Below are positions 49,436 to 58,465 of a DNA stretch of 64,000 bases, piece after piece. The DNA is taken from the sequence record PZ019085.1. One strand, written 5' to 3'. This stretch comes from a phage. The notes beneath the pieces are model-generated. The model saw only the letters and a program-made list of their open reading frames with translations. It made no database searches and was not told where the DNA came from. How positions within the stretch are numbered: the first letter of the stretch is position 1; each line of letters begins with the position of its first letter. The translations under genes were made by a program, and so were the position numbers.

Positions 49436-49740
49436 TGAAACTACGTCTTTTAGAGGATATTGATATGAGCACTAATCACAGCTTGGTTAAGTTTATTGAC
49501 GATAGTTCAAAGATTGAATTTGTTCAGCGAGATAAAATCCACAGTGAAGAAGAGTTCGTTCCTCCGGCATGGAACGAAATAATGAAAATGGTTGAACGAC
49601 GTGAAAATGCTGCCAAATCGGCAGCAAAACATCCATGCCCGGAATGTGGAACTATCCAAGTCCAACTGGTTAACTGGACCACTGATAACTTGAAATTGAA
49701 ATGCCGTAAATGCTTCCACAAATTTGAGAGAACATTATAA
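49435..49740 (+). CDS. zinc-ribbon protein, hypothetical
   Basis: 101 aa; CPECG...(17)...CRKCFHKF four-Cys arrangement. Confidence 0.6.
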   Translation: MKLRLLEDIDMSTNHSLVKFIDDSSKIEFVQRDKIHSEEEFVPPAWNEIMKMVERRENAAKSAAKHPCPECGTIQVQLVNWTTDNLKLKCRKCFHKFERTL

Positions 49741-50153
49741 TGAGATATAGCCTTCGTTGTTTTATTGCAGCTTTAGTTTTTGCCATCATTCCATTCATTT
49801 GGAACAGCCAGAATACTTACATGGAAACTAAAGTAATTCCTGTGGAGGTAGTGGAATTAATCTCAGGCCAATCTACAGGAAAATATTCTAAATTAGAATT
49901 TATTGCCGTCTATAAAGATGAGCAAGGACGAGTTTTTGACAGGCATGTATCACCGTCGTTTTATACGCTTCTGAATAAAGGTGATACGATAGCTATAGAA
50001 ATTCGTGAGATGGATATCAAACAAACTACTAAAGATAACTTGATTTGGTTCTTTGGTACAGTGTTGTTGGTTTCTATCTGTATCACAGGTTTTATTACAT
50101 GTATTGTATTTGGCATTGCATATTTAATTGATGAAAGGAAAAATAATGTTTAA
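49740..50153 (+). CDS. membrane protein, hypothetical
   Basis: 137 aa; N-terminal TM LRCFIAALVFAIIPFIW and C-terminal TM LIWFFGTVLLVSICITGFITCIVFGIAYLI. Confidence 0.6.
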   Translation: MRYSLRCFIAALVFAIIPFIWNSQNTYMETKVIPVEVVELISGQSTGKYSKLEFIAVYKDEQGRVFDRHVSPSFYTLLNKGDTIAIEIREMDIKQTTKDNLIWFFGTVLLVSICITGFITCIVFGIAYLIDERKNNV

Positions 50154-50409
50154 AGTGTACGGGTATGACTCTACTATTCATAAATGCATTTATTGTGATA
50201 ATGCGAAACGATTGCTGACTGTTAAGAAACAGCCATTCGAATTCATTAATGTTATGCCAGAAAAAGGTGTGTTCGATGATGAGAAAATTGCTGAGCTTCT
50301 GGTTAAGCTTGGACGTGAATCACAAGTCGGATTGACTATGCCTCAAGTGTTTGCTCCTGATGGAAGTCACATTGGTGGATTTGACCAACTACGAGAATAT
50401 TTTAAATGA
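50146..50409 (+). CDS. nrdC: thioredoxin/glutaredoxin NrdC
   Basis: 87 aa MFKVYGYDSTIHKCIYCDNAKRLL...; near-identical to T4 NrdC as recalled; active-site CIYC. Confidence 0.95.
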   Translation: MFKVYGYDSTIHKCIYCDNAKRLLTVKKQPFEFINVMPEKGVFDDEKIAELLVKLGRESQVGLTMPQVFAPDGSHIGGFDQLREYFK

Positions 50410-50762
50410 CATATTCATTAAATCTTAAAGATTTCCAAGATGTATACGAAGTTTGTGCCAATGAACTTGGTCCTGATGCTCCAACTATTATTGAAGTTTT
50501 AAATGTGCTCCCTTCATCATTAGCTTACGAAGCCAAATCATGGGGTTGGAACGACACTGTCGTTCGTGATGACCTTTACGTCCTGATGAACGATATGATG
50601 GTTAAAAAGTCAGAACCGGTTGCACCAATGGTTACCATTACCGTTGAAGAATATAATCGCCTGCAAGCCATTGAAGAGCTTCTGTGGAACATTGAATGTG
50701 ACCTGCCGTCAGGGCTAGAATCCTGGATTGATTATGAAGAGCTCAATAAACTCCGGGGTTAA
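50406..50762 (+). CDS. hypothetical protein (nrdC.1 position)
   Basis: 118-aa acidic ORF. Confidence 0.6.
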   Translation: MTYSLNLKDFQDVYEVCANELGPDAPTIIEVLNVLPSSLAYEAKSWGWNDTVVRDDLYVLMNDMMVKKSEPVAPMVTITVEEYNRLQAIEELLWNIECDLPSGLESWIDYEELNKLRG

Positions 50763-50811
50763 ACCGTGGTATTCTGCTCGATGGGAGACTGTCGAGCCAG
50801 ACGTCGAAACA

Positions 50812-50840
50812 GTTTACAACGACGAAGAAACGTGTTATGA
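50812..50840 (+). promoter_or_regulatory. sigma70-like early promoter
   Basis: GTTTAC, 17-bp spacer, TATGAT. Confidence 0.5.
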
Positions 50841-50890
50841 TGAACCTACAGTAAACGATATGATTGATTTAGAAATGGGAAGAGATTATT

Positions 50891-51058
50891 ATGCAAGTTA
50901 AATTGTTATACCGTTTATTAAAAAGTGGCGAACATGATTGGTATGTGTTGATTAAAACTGAACCAAATTTTTTCTCCGGACAACCATTTACGGTTCGTCC
51001 TACTAAACGTCAGCTTCGCAAAGCTAAACGTTCTCATCGTAACTTTTATAGAGAATAA
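50891..51058 (+). CDS. 55-aa basic small protein
   Basis: MQVKLLYRLLKSGEHDWYVLIKTEPNFFSGQPFTVRPTKRQLRKAKRSHRNFYRE; SD GAGATTATT weak; below ORF-track cutoff. Confidence 0.4.
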   Translation: MQVKLLYRLLKSGEHDWYVLIKTEPNFFSGQPFTVRPTKRQLRKAKRSHRNFYRE

Positions 51059-51063
51059 TTGAT

Positions 51064-51489
51064 ATGAATATTTCTGAAACTCGCGGTAAATGGTTCAAGA
51101 TTGTTAAAGAAGATGAAGAACTACAAGACAAGTTTCCTGAATTAAAGAAAGATACGATCATCAAGGTAATTGGTACTACTACCGAAGATGGTTATGGCGA
51201 CCATGGCATTATCGAAGTGATGTTGAACACAGGTGAGAAACTTTGCATCTATGACCGTGATACTTCTCTTTGGTGCTTCTGGGAATCCCATTCAATAGAT
51301 GAACTCGAAGAAATTGATTCGGCTGATATTGCAGATGTGCTAGGTAGTAAACTTGGTGAATTCGAAGGTGAACGAATTTCTTATGCATTAGCTAAATTAG
51401 CCGGACAAGAAAATAACGACGGCTATGAAGGTAACCTGATGCAAGCAGCCGCAGAATACATTGAATATTTAGAAAGACGTTTAAGTTAA
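51064..51489 (+). CDS. hypothetical acidic protein (T4 pin position)
   Basis: 141-aa ORF immediately upstream of gene 49, where T4 carries pin; no sequence-level confirmation. Confidence 0.55.
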   Translation: MNISETRGKWFKIVKEDEELQDKFPELKKDTIIKVIGTTTEDGYGDHGIIEVMLNTGEKLCIYDRDTSLWCFWESHSIDELEEIDSADIADVLGSKLGEFEGERISYALAKLAGQENNDGYEGNLMQAAAEYIEYLERRLS

Positions 51490-51494
51490 TAAAT

Positions 51495-51519
51495 ACCCTT
51501 ATCTATTTAAGGTAAGGGT
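51495..51519 (+). promoter_or_regulatory. stem-loop upstream of gene 49
   Basis: ACCCTTA-(11 nt)-TAAGGGT inverted repeat 6 nt before the gene 49 ATG. Confidence 0.35.
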
Positions 51520-51524
51520 TTATC

Positions 51525-51998
51525 ATGTTATTATCAGGCGCAAAATATAAAGAAGAAAAACAAAAATTTTATGACGCACAGAACGGTAAGTGTCCTATTT
51601 GCCACCGCGAATTAGACCCTGATGTTCAAGGTAACCATCTTGACCACGACCATGAATTAAACGGGCCAAAAGCCGGTAGAGTTCGTGGATTACTCTGTAA
51701 TCTGTGCAACGCAGCAGAAGGTCAAATGAAGCATAAGTTCAACCGTTCTGGTCTTAAAGGCCGTGATGTCAACTACCTAGAATGGCTTGAATCTCTTCTT
51801 GATTATTTGAAACAAGATTATTCTGATAATAATATCCATCCTAATTTTGTTCCAGACAAAACTAAAGAGTTCTCAAGACTAGGTAAAGATGAAATGATGG
51901 CTGAGATGCTTCAAAGAGGATTTGAATATAATGAATCTGACACTAAAACACAGTTAATAGCTTCATTCAAAAAGCAGCTTAGAAAGAGTTTAAAATGA
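51525..51998 (+). CDS. 49: endonuclease VII (Holliday junction resolvase)
   Basis: 157 aa MLLSGAKYKEEKQKFYDAQNGKCPICHRELDP...; near-collinear with T4 endo VII as recalled. Confidence 0.95.
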   Translation: MLLSGAKYKEEKQKFYDAQNGKCPICHRELDPDVQGNHLDHDHELNGPKAGRVRGLLCNLCNAAEGQMKHKFNRSGLKGRDVNYLEWLESLLDYLKQDYSDNNIHPNFVPDKTKEFSRLGKDEMMAEMLQRGFEYNESDTKTQLIASFKKQLRKSLK

Positions 51999-53812
51999 AA
52001 ATTGAAAAAGAAATTGAAGGATTAATTCATAAAACTAATAAAGATCTTTTGAACGAGAATGCTAATAAAGATTCTCGTGTTTTTCCAACTCAACGGGACC
52101 TTATGGCTGGTATTGTGTCTAAACACATTGCCAAAAATATGGTCCCGTCTTTTATTATGAAAGCGCATGAAAGCGGAATTATCCATTTCCACGATATTGA
52201 TTATTCCCCTGCTCTTCCATTTACTAATTGCTGTTTAGTAGATTTAAAAGGGATGCTTGAGAATGGATTTAAGCTTGGTAATGCGCAGATTGAAACTCCT
52301 AAATCAATCGGTGTTGCTACTGCAATTATGGCACAAATTACTGCACAGGTTGCTTCTCATCAATATGGTGGAACGACTTTTGCGAATGTAGATAAAGTAC
52401 TTTCTCCTTATGTTAAACGCACCTATGCAAAACATATCGAGGATGCAGAAAAATGGCAAATCGCCGATGCACCGAATTATGCTCAATCTAAAACAGAAAA
52501 AGACGTATACGATGCATTCCAAGCTTATGAATATGAAGTAAATACTCTCTTTAGTTCAAACGGGCAAACGCCTTTTGTAACAATTACATTTGGCACGGGA
52601 ACTGACTGGACTGAACGAATGATTCAGAAAGCAATTCTGAAAAATCGTATTAAAGGTCTTGGTCGTGATGGAATAACTCCTATTTTCCCTAAGCTTGTTA
52701 TGTTCGTCGAAGAAGGTGTTAATCTTTACAAAGACGATCCGAACTATGATATTAAGCAGCTTGCTCTAGAGTGCGCAAGCAAAAGGATGTATCCTGACAT
52801 TATTTCGGTTAAGAATAATAAAGCTATTACTGGTTCTTCAATTCCAGTTTCTCCAATGGGTTGCCGTAGTTTCTTGGGCGTATGGAAAGATTCGACTGGT
52901 AATGAAATTCTTGATGGACGTAATAATCTTGGTGTTGTAACGCTGAATCTTCCTCGAATTGCGTTAGATTCTTATATTGGAACACAATTTAACGAACAGA
53001 AATTTATTGAATTATTCAATGAACGTATGGATTTGTGTTTTGAAGCTTTGATGTGTAGAATTAGTTCTTTAAAAGGAGTTAAAGCAACTGTTGCTCCTAT
53101 TCTTTACCAAGAAGGTGCATTCGGGGTTCGTCTTAAACCGGATGATGATATAATTGAGTTATTTAAAAACGGTAGAAGTTCAGTGTCTTTGGGATACATT
53201 GGTATTCACGAATTGAATATTCTTGTCGGTCGTGATATTGGACAAGAAATTTTAACTAAAATGAATGCTCGTCTTAAGCAGTGGACCGAAAGAACCGGTT
53301 TTGCTTTTAGCTTGTATTCTACTCCTGCTGAAAACCTTTGCTATCGCTTCTGTAAACTTGATACTGAAAAATATGGAAGTGTAAAAGATGTTACTGATAA
53401 AGGATGGTACACTAATAGTTTCCATGTTTCAGTAGAAGAAAATATTACTCCGTTTGAAAAGATTTCTCGCGAAGCGCCATATCATTTCATTGCGACAGGC
53501 GGTCACATTTCTTATGTTGAACTTCCTGATATGAAAAATAACCTAAAAGGTCTTGAGGCTGTCTGGGATTATGCTGCACAACATTTAGATTATTTTGGTG
53601 TTAATATGCCAGTAGATAAATGTTTTACGTGTGGAAGTACCCATGAAATGACTCCGACTGAAAACGGATTTGTTTGTTCAGTTTGTGGAGAAACTGATCC
53701 TAAAAAGATGAACACAATAAGAAGAACATGCGGCTATTTGGGAAATCCGAACGAACGCGGATTTAATCTCGGTAAAAATAAAGAAATAATGCATAGGGTT
53801 AAACACCAATGA
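51995..53812 (+). CDS. nrdD: anaerobic ribonucleoside-triphosphate reductase
   Basis: 605 aa; C-terminal glycyl-radical motif RRTCGYLG and Cys cluster CFTCGS...CSVCG; uninterrupted ORF. Confidence 0.95.
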   Translation: MKIEKEIEGLIHKTNKDLLNENANKDSRVFPTQRDLMAGIVSKHIAKNMVPSFIMKAHESGIIHFHDIDYSPALPFTNCCLVDLKGMLENGFKLGNAQIETPKSIGVATAIMAQITAQVASHQYGGTTFANVDKVLSPYVKRTYAKHIEDAEKWQIADAPNYAQSKTEKDVYDAFQAYEYEVNTLFSSNGQTPFVTITFGTGTDWTERMIQKAILKNRIKGLGRDGITPIFPKLVMFVEEGVNLYKDDPNYDIKQLALECASKRMYPDIISVKNNKAITGSSIPVSPMGCRSFLGVWKDSTGNEILDGRNNLGVVTLNLPRIALDSYIGTQFNEQKFIELFNERMDLCFEALMCRISSLKGVKATVAPILYQEGAFGVRLKPDDDIIELFKNGRSSVSLGYIGIHELNILVGRDIGQEILTKMNARLKQWTERTGFAFSLYSTPAENLCYRFCKLDTEKYGSVKDVTDKGWYTNSFHVSVEENITPFEKISREAPYHFIATGGHISYVELPDMKNNLKGLEAVWDYAAQHLDYFGVNMPVDKCFTCGSTHEMTPTENGFVCSVCGETDPKKMNTIRRTCGYLGNPNERGFNLGKNKEIMHRVKHQ

Positions 53813-54279
53813 ATTATGATAGATTTTATCCTTGCGATTTTGTGAATGGCCCTGGTTGCAGGGTCGTTCTTTTCGTTACAGGTTGTTTGCATAAATGCGA
53901 AGGGTGTTATAATAAATCAACATGGAATGCTAGAAATGGTATTCCATTCACTAGTGAAACACTAGAACAATTAATTGAATGTTTGAATAATGATTATATA
54001 GAAGGATTAACTATAACTGGAGGAGACCCTCTTTATCCTGATAACAGAGACGTTATTCACTCTGTGATTCAAACTATTAAAAATCTTTATCCCAATAAAA
54101 GCATTTGGTTGTGGACAGGATATAAGTTTGAAGATATTAAACAACTAGAAATGCTTAAATATGTTGATGTTATTATTGATGGTAAGTATGAGAAAAATCT
54201 TCCGACCAAAAAGTTGTGGCGAGGATCAGATAATCAGCGACTTTGGTCAAATACCGATGGGGTGTGGAAACATGATTAA
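53809..54279 (+). CDS. nrdG: anaerobic RNR activating enzyme (radical SAM)
   Basis: 156 aa; CxxxCxxC-type cluster GCLHKCEGCYN. Confidence 0.9.
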   Translation: MNYDRFYPCDFVNGPGCRVVLFVTGCLHKCEGCYNKSTWNARNGIPFTSETLEQLIECLNNDYIEGLTITGGDPLYPDNRDVIHSVIQTIKNLYPNKSIWLWTGYKFEDIKQLEMLKYVDVIIDGKYEKNLPTKKLWRGSDNQRLWSNTDGVWKHD

Positions 54280-54393
54280 ATTGAATTATATTATGGATAC
54301 TATAAATGATATGATTTTTCATTTTGGTCCAGAATTTTATTCACAGTGTAGTTTAGTGCTTATCAATGCTTGGTTAACCAATTAAGGGTAAAT

Positions 54394-54609
54394 ATGTATA
54401 AATTTCGTAAAGGTTTAGCTGATTTTCTTACAACTGTAACGTTCTTTTTGTTTATGGCAGTTGGAGCTATTTTTCTTATTCCTTTTACTGTTGTATTTTT
54501 CGTGATTAGTTTAATTTCTCCAGAAAAAGGACTATCTTCTAGCGAGTTTAATGAACGCCTGGATAAAATTACTAATAAGTTGAATGATGTTCTTGATAAA
54601 AAGGCTTAA
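54394..54609 (+). CDS. small membrane protein, hypothetical
   Basis: 71 aa from ATG 54394 (SD AAGGG); TM FFLFMAVGAIFLIPFTVVFFVISLI. Confidence 0.55.
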   Translation: MYKFRKGLADFLTTVTFFLFMAVGAIFLIPFTVVFFVISLISPEKGLSSSEFNERLDKITNKLNDVLDKKA

Positions 54610-54611
54610 TT

Positions 54612-54923
54612 ATGATTAGTTTTGAGCGGTATGTGGTAGAGAGTTGGAAGGGGTTTGATATGTTCGGTAATGACTATTATTTTTACGAATGTAGTCTAAA
54701 TCCTAGTTTTTGGGCTGGACGTGAACGAGATCTCGAAGAAATTAATGCTCGTGCCGAATTGTTAGGTGAACTGCCTACGGTTTATTTTACCTTTGACGCG
54801 TCTGGATTTGTTATCCAGGTTTATTTTCCTGAAGAAAACTCTGGTGAGGATTCTGTTAATCCTCCTTATTGGGCTTATCAAGGAATTATTTCTCGTGGAA
54901 CAAAACTCGAACTTAAAGAATAA
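54612..54923 (+). CDS. hypothetical protein
   Basis: 103-aa ORF. Confidence 0.6.
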   Translation: MISFERYVVESWKGFDMFGNDYYFYECSLNPSFWAGRERDLEEINARAELLGELPTVYFTFDASGFVIQVYFPEENSGEDSVNPPYWAYQGIISRGTKLELKE

Positions 54924-55218
54924 GATTGAAATTTATGGCATCCCTGAAGAAGTAGGACGTTGTCCAGGATGTTATACTGTTACAAAACTTTTAAAGGAAC
55001 TCAATGCTCCTTATACATTTTATAAAGTCCTCACTAATAATGGTAAGATTGAATATGACCGTCCTTTAATCGTATCTCTTGCTAAACGTGCAGGATTCAC
55101 TTCACTTAATATTCGTTATCCTGTCATATTTTTAAATGGTAAGAAACAAAAGAATATTGCAGAGTTTAAAAAGTCCTTGATTTCATTAGGATACGACTCT
55201 GATATCATAGAAGATTGA
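54895..55218 (+). CDS. nrdH: glutaredoxin-like protein (NrdH position)
   Basis: CPGC redox motif and thioredoxin-fold-like length; start uncertain: no in-frame ATG upstream of the CPGC, so GTG 54895 (SD AGGA) is assumed. Confidence 0.55.
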   Translation: MEQNSNLKNKIEIYGIPEEVGRCPGCYTVTKLLKELNAPYTFYKVLTNNGKIEYDRPLIVSLAKRAGFTSLNIRYPVIFLNGKKQKNIAEFKKSLISLGYDSDIIED

Positions 55219-55243
55219 CCAGGTGCCGCCTGGTCTTCTTTAT
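55217..55243 (+). terminator. rho-independent terminator
   Basis: GACCAGG-TGCCG-CCTGGTC hairpin followed by TTCTTTAT. Confidence 0.6.
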
Positions 55244-55326
55244 CTCATTTCTAATATAATCCATTGGAATCTTCACTTCACTATCTCCTTGTGCCCCTCT
55301 CAAATCAAAAATATTTTCATAAAACA

Positions 55327-55370
55327 GTTTACATCCTCAATAGATGTGTTAAGATTAAACCATCTACTAT
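55327..55370 (+). promoter_or_regulatory. early promoter with inverted repeat (PeSL-like cassette)
   Basis: GTTTAC then TAGATGTGTTAAGATTAAACCATCTACTATAG. Confidence 0.5.
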
Positions 55371-55383
55371 AGAGGAAAATAAA

Positions 55384-55566
55384 ATGACAATTGAAGATAA
55401 AGAAATTAAGGTCGACCAGTACTATTCTGTCAACGGTAATGCAGTACAGATAACCAGAGTTTCAAGCCTGGATGTTTGGTACCGTTCAATCAAATATCCA
55501 GAAATTGGTGAAATGCTTTGTGACCGTGGTATCTTCTGTTCAATTGCGAAGGAAATTAAGTCATGA
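55384..55566 (+). CDS. hypothetical protein
   Basis: 60 aa from ATG 55384 (SD AGAGGAAA). Confidence 0.5.
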   Translation: MTIEDKEIKVDQYYSVNGNAVQITRVSSLDVWYRSIKYPEIGEMLCDRGIFCSIAKEIKS

Positions 55567-55811
55567 TTAGTTTAGATTCAAAGAAAGTTGTTCTAACCCT
55601 TAAAGTTAATGACGAGCGACTGGTATTCATTACCATTTCCGATTTACATGTTGAAATTGCTAATGGCGTCCGTACTTATCAAACGACTAAAACACAATGG
55701 GATTATATCCCGATGTTGACGTTCACTCAGCGTTTAGAATCAATCGGTCTCAAAGACCTTTCAGTAAGTGAAGTGAATTTTATCAAACGTGTCGTATCAA
55801 TCAACCTCTGA
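55563..55811 (+). CDS. hypothetical protein
   Basis: 82-aa ORF. Confidence 0.55.
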   Translation: MISLDSKKVVLTLKVNDERLVFITISDLHVEIANGVRTYQTTKTQWDYIPMLTFTQRLESIGLKDLSVSEVNFIKRVVSINL

Positions 55812-55818
55812 GGTACTT

Positions 55819-56112
55819 ATGGGTAAAACATATCGTCGTAAAGATTTGAAAGTTCGCGATTACGACTATTTTGGTAAGCGTAAAGCTCCTGACGGTGTTA
55901 GCCACAAAGATATGGTTGAAAACATTTTCCGCTCAGATAAATGGAAACGTATGAAAGGCGTTGATTCTGAAGTCAAGAATGAAATGAATCGACAACTCCG
56001 CAAAGAAGTTCGTAAGTTGAAAAAAGATGTTTACAGTAAAGAAGATTATGATTATAATACTTCTCATATTGAAGCCAAACGTAAAGCTAACGAATGTTAT
56101 CGTTACAGTTGA
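55819..56112 (+). CDS. basic small protein, hypothetical
   Basis: 97 aa from ATG 55819 (SD GAGG); Lys/Arg-rich. Confidence 0.55.
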   Translation: MGKTYRRKDLKVRDYDYFGKRKAPDGVSHKDMVENIFRSDKWKRMKGVDSEVKNEMNRQLRKEVRKLKKDVYSKEDYDYNTSHIEAKRKANECYRYS

Positions 56113-56119
56113 GGAAATT

Positions 56120-56254
56120 ATGAATATCAAACGAATGCTTTTTAAGCAGGGATTATATACTTTAAATGTTAATCCAAAGGGTGATACAACTAAATGGTCT
56201 GTAAATGACTGGATTAAGTTCATCGATGAAAATGGGACGTGGAACACAAAATGA
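56120..56254 (+). CDS. 44-aa small protein
   Basis: MNIKRMLFKQGLYTLNVNPKGDTTKWSVNDWIKFIDENGTWNTK; SD GAGGAAA. Confidence 0.45.
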   Translation: MNIKRMLFKQGLYTLNVNPKGDTTKWSVNDWIKFIDENGTWNTK

Positions 56255-56451
56255 ATCCTGAAAATATTGTGTCATGGCAACTTCGTGAAGAACGTGCCGA
56301 ATTCTTTGCCAATATGAAACTCAACGGTGTTGAGGATGAAGACTTTTTACGCTGGTTCTGGATTTACAAATACAAAGAATGCCAACATGCTGTGCTATTG
56401 ACTTGCGCAATTATGTACGAAGGCTGGAAAGGCGCTAAAAAGTTCGGTTAA
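56251..56451 (+). CDS. hypothetical protein
   Basis: 66 aa from ATG 56251. Confidence 0.5.
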   Translation: MNPENIVSWQLREERAEFFANMKLNGVEDEDFLRWFWIYKYKECQHAVLLTCAIMYEGWKGAKKFG

Positions 56452-56453
56452 TA

Positions 56454-56490
56454 GTTTATGATGGTAGGAAGATAACACTTCTTCCTACCA
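56454..56490 (+). promoter_or_regulatory. early promoter with inverted repeat (PeSL-like cassette)
   Basis: GTTTAT then GGTAGGAAGATAACACTTCTTCCTACC palindrome. Confidence 0.5.
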
Positions 56491-56506
56491 ATTTGAGGAG
56501 AATACC

Positions 56507-56746
56507 ATGGAACAAGAATTAGACATTATTACATCGAAAAAACGTCTTGAAGTCGTAGTGAATGGCTCAACTATTAAGTTTGTATATGACACTTTAACTG
56601 ATGCTATTACTGTTAGTTGCGGTGGAAAGGCTTTTAGTCTAGATTCTACTGAAAACAAATACCCGTTCTATAAAGGTATCTTTGATATGGGTGTTGATAT
56701 CAGTGTTCGCCAAGCAAACTATTTACATTATCTTATCACGAAATAA
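56507..56746 (+). CDS. hypothetical protein
   Basis: 79-aa ORF (SD GAGGAG). Confidence 0.6.
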   Translation: MEQELDIITSKKRLEVVVNGSTIKFVYDTLTDAITVSCGGKAFSLDSTENKYPFYKGIFDMGVDISVRQANYLHYLITK

Positions 56747-56750
56747 CGCA

Positions 56751-56792
56751 CAAACTCTTGAGAGCAGAGTATAATGCTCTCATTGGATAATA
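56751..56792 (+). repeat. 42-bp direct repeat, copy B (promoter-in-palindrome)
   Basis: CAAACTCTTGAGAGCAGAGTATAATGCTCTCATTGGATAATAAA; 41/42 identical to 26565-26606; contains TATAAT at 56770-56775. Confidence 0.8.
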
Positions 56793-56812
56793 AAATAACC
56801 GAGGAAAATAAT

Positions 56813-57145
56813 ATGTCTACTAAAATAAAAAACGTAGTTAATTCTTTCGCTTTCGATAAAGTTGTTGCTCTTCTAGAAAAAGGCGGTATTGTTACTCCTC
56901 AAGTTCTTGACGCATGGGAATTCCGTCTTTATGAAATCATGCAAAAACACGACCAGAAAATTGGACGTAATTCTATTCGTGAAATTCTAGTACAATATAT
57001 TCTTTCCGAATTTGACGTTGCTGCATTTGGTGTTGAATCTAAAGCTTATCAGAAACATGAAATCTCTGAAAAAACTATCCGTCGTATGAAAAATCAACGT
57101 AAGAAAAAATTCGTTGACCTAAAAATTGTTAAGGCGGTAAAATGA
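56813..57145 (+). CDS. hypothetical protein
   Basis: 110 aa from ATG 56813 (SD GAGGAAA). Confidence 0.6.
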   Translation: MSTKIKNVVNSFAFDKVVALLEKGGIVTPQVLDAWEFRLYEIMQKHDQKIGRNSIREILVQYILSEFDVAAFGVESKAYQKHEISEKTIRRMKNQRKKKFVDLKIVKAVK

Positions 57146-57369
57146 GCGTATTAACAGAAACTTTGATTAATGATCTGCGTCTAGCTGGTTACGAAGTTGG
57201 TACAAATAGTCTAGGTCTTCCTCAGATTGAAGGTCCTGGATTTATTCTAGAATATGAATTTAAACAATGGTGGCTATATGCTACGGTTGACGATGCGTTG
57301 AATATTGATTTCGTTGACCAATTTGATTCGCTGGATGCTGCTCTTGAAGCAGCAAAGGAACTAGAATGA
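57142..57369 (+). CDS. hypothetical acidic protein
   Basis: 75-aa ORF. Confidence 0.55.
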   Translation: MSVLTETLINDLRLAGYEVGTNSLGLPQIEGPGFILEYEFKQWWLYATVDDALNIDFVDQFDSLDAALEAAKELE

Positions 57370-57635
57370 AACTATCTCGAATCGCTATAACTGAAGAAAA
57401 GCTGGGCGAATTTTACGTCGACAACTTTATGAAAGTCACGTATTTTCCATTCGTTAAAGGTGTTGGTTTTTGGGAAACTCATGTATCTCAATTAAACGAA
57501 GGCGACTATAACGAAACACATGAGAACTTTTTAGATTTTCTTTATAATGCCGGTCTTACTGAGCTTTATATCGATATCCATGAGTTCAAACGTTTAATGG
57601 AAAAAGTGTTTCAGGCTTATTGTTTGCTCCGATAG
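57366..57635 (+). CDS. hypothetical protein
   Basis: 89-aa ORF. Confidence 0.55.
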   Translation: MKLSRIAITEEKLGEFYVDNFMKVTYFPFVKGVGFWETHVSQLNEGDYNETHENFLDFLYNAGLTELYIDIHEFKRLMEKVFQAYCLLR

Positions 57636-57642
57636 TATCTCG

Positions 57643-57690
57643 TGCTTTAAGATAGGTCTCTAAATATTATGATATAATAGACCTATGAAT
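57643..57690 (+). promoter_or_regulatory. promoter region upstream of gene 55 (MotA-box-like + palindrome)
   Basis: TGCTTTA (exact MotA box core) then ATAGGTCTC...TATTAT..TATAAT..AGACCTAT palindrome. Confidence 0.45.
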
Positions 57691-57707
57691 TGAGCCAAGA
57701 GGTACTT

Positions 57708-58265
57708 ATGACTGAACAAAAACCTAAAAATAACTATGTGAATAATAAAGAGCTTCTCGCCGCTATAATCGAGTGGAAAAAGGAGCTCTTAAATAATAAA
57801 GACCCAAACAAAATTATTCGTCAGAATGATACCATCGGTTTAGCAATTATGCTTATTGCCGAAGGCCTGTCTAAACGTTTCAACTTTTCAGGATATACCC
57901 AGTCTTGGAAGCAGGAGATGATTGCAGATGGGATTGAAGCCTCTATTAAGGGACTTCATAATTTCGACGAAACTAAGTACAATAACCCACATGCATACAT
58001 AACTCGAGCTTGTTTTAATGCTTTTGTCCAACGTATCAAAAAAGAACGTAAGGAAGTTGCAAAGAAATATAGTTACTTCGTTCATAATGTCTACGACAGT
58101 CATGACGATGATATGGTAGCGTTAGTAGATGAAACGTTTATTCAAGACATCTACGATAAAATGACGCATTATGAAGAATCCGCTTATAAAGCTCCTGGGG
58201 CTGAAAAGAAGGAAGTTGTTAGCGATTCGCCTAGTTTGGATTTTTTATATGAGGATGACAATTGA
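57708..58265 (+). CDS. 55: late sigma factor gp55
   Basis: 185 aa from [27 protein letters not shown]...; near-collinear with T4 gp55 as recalled. Confidence 0.95.
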   Translation: MTEQKPKNNYVNNKELLAAIIEWKKELLNNKDPNKIIRQNDTIGLAIMLIAEGLSKRFNFSGYTQSWKQEMIADGIEASIKGLHNFDETKYNNPHAYITRACFNAFVQRIKKERKEVAKKYSYFVHNVYDSHDDDMVALVDETFIQDIYDKMTHYEESAYKAPGAEKKEVVSDSPSLDFLYEDDN

Positions 58266-58464
58266 CATCTCTAACTACTTAGAAGAACCTTTTGACGAAG
58301 CAATCCCTTATTTGGTAAAACTGTTGGGTCGTGAATTTAAAATTAATTTTGACATCGACCCTTTGAACCCACATGACGTGTCATTTTCAATAAATGGGAC
58401 TCCAGTTGAGTACGAGTTCTGTATTGAAGAGGATGGACGTTTTTATTTTAATTTAATGAGATAA
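58255..58464 (+). CDS. hypothetical protein
   Basis: 69 aa from ATG 58255 (SD GAGGA) overlapping the gene 55 stop. Confidence 0.5.
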   Translation: MTIDISNYLEEPFDEAIPYLVKLLGREFKINFDIDPLNPHDVSFSINGTPVEYEFCIEEDGRFYFNLMR

Positions 58465-58465
58465 T

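Noticed and set aside
51995-53812. Group I intron or homing endonuclease in nrdD (T4 carries one)
   Set aside because: The nrdD reading frame is continuous over 605 codons with intact N- and C-terminal motifs; no insertion and no GIY-YIG or HNH motif seen nearby.
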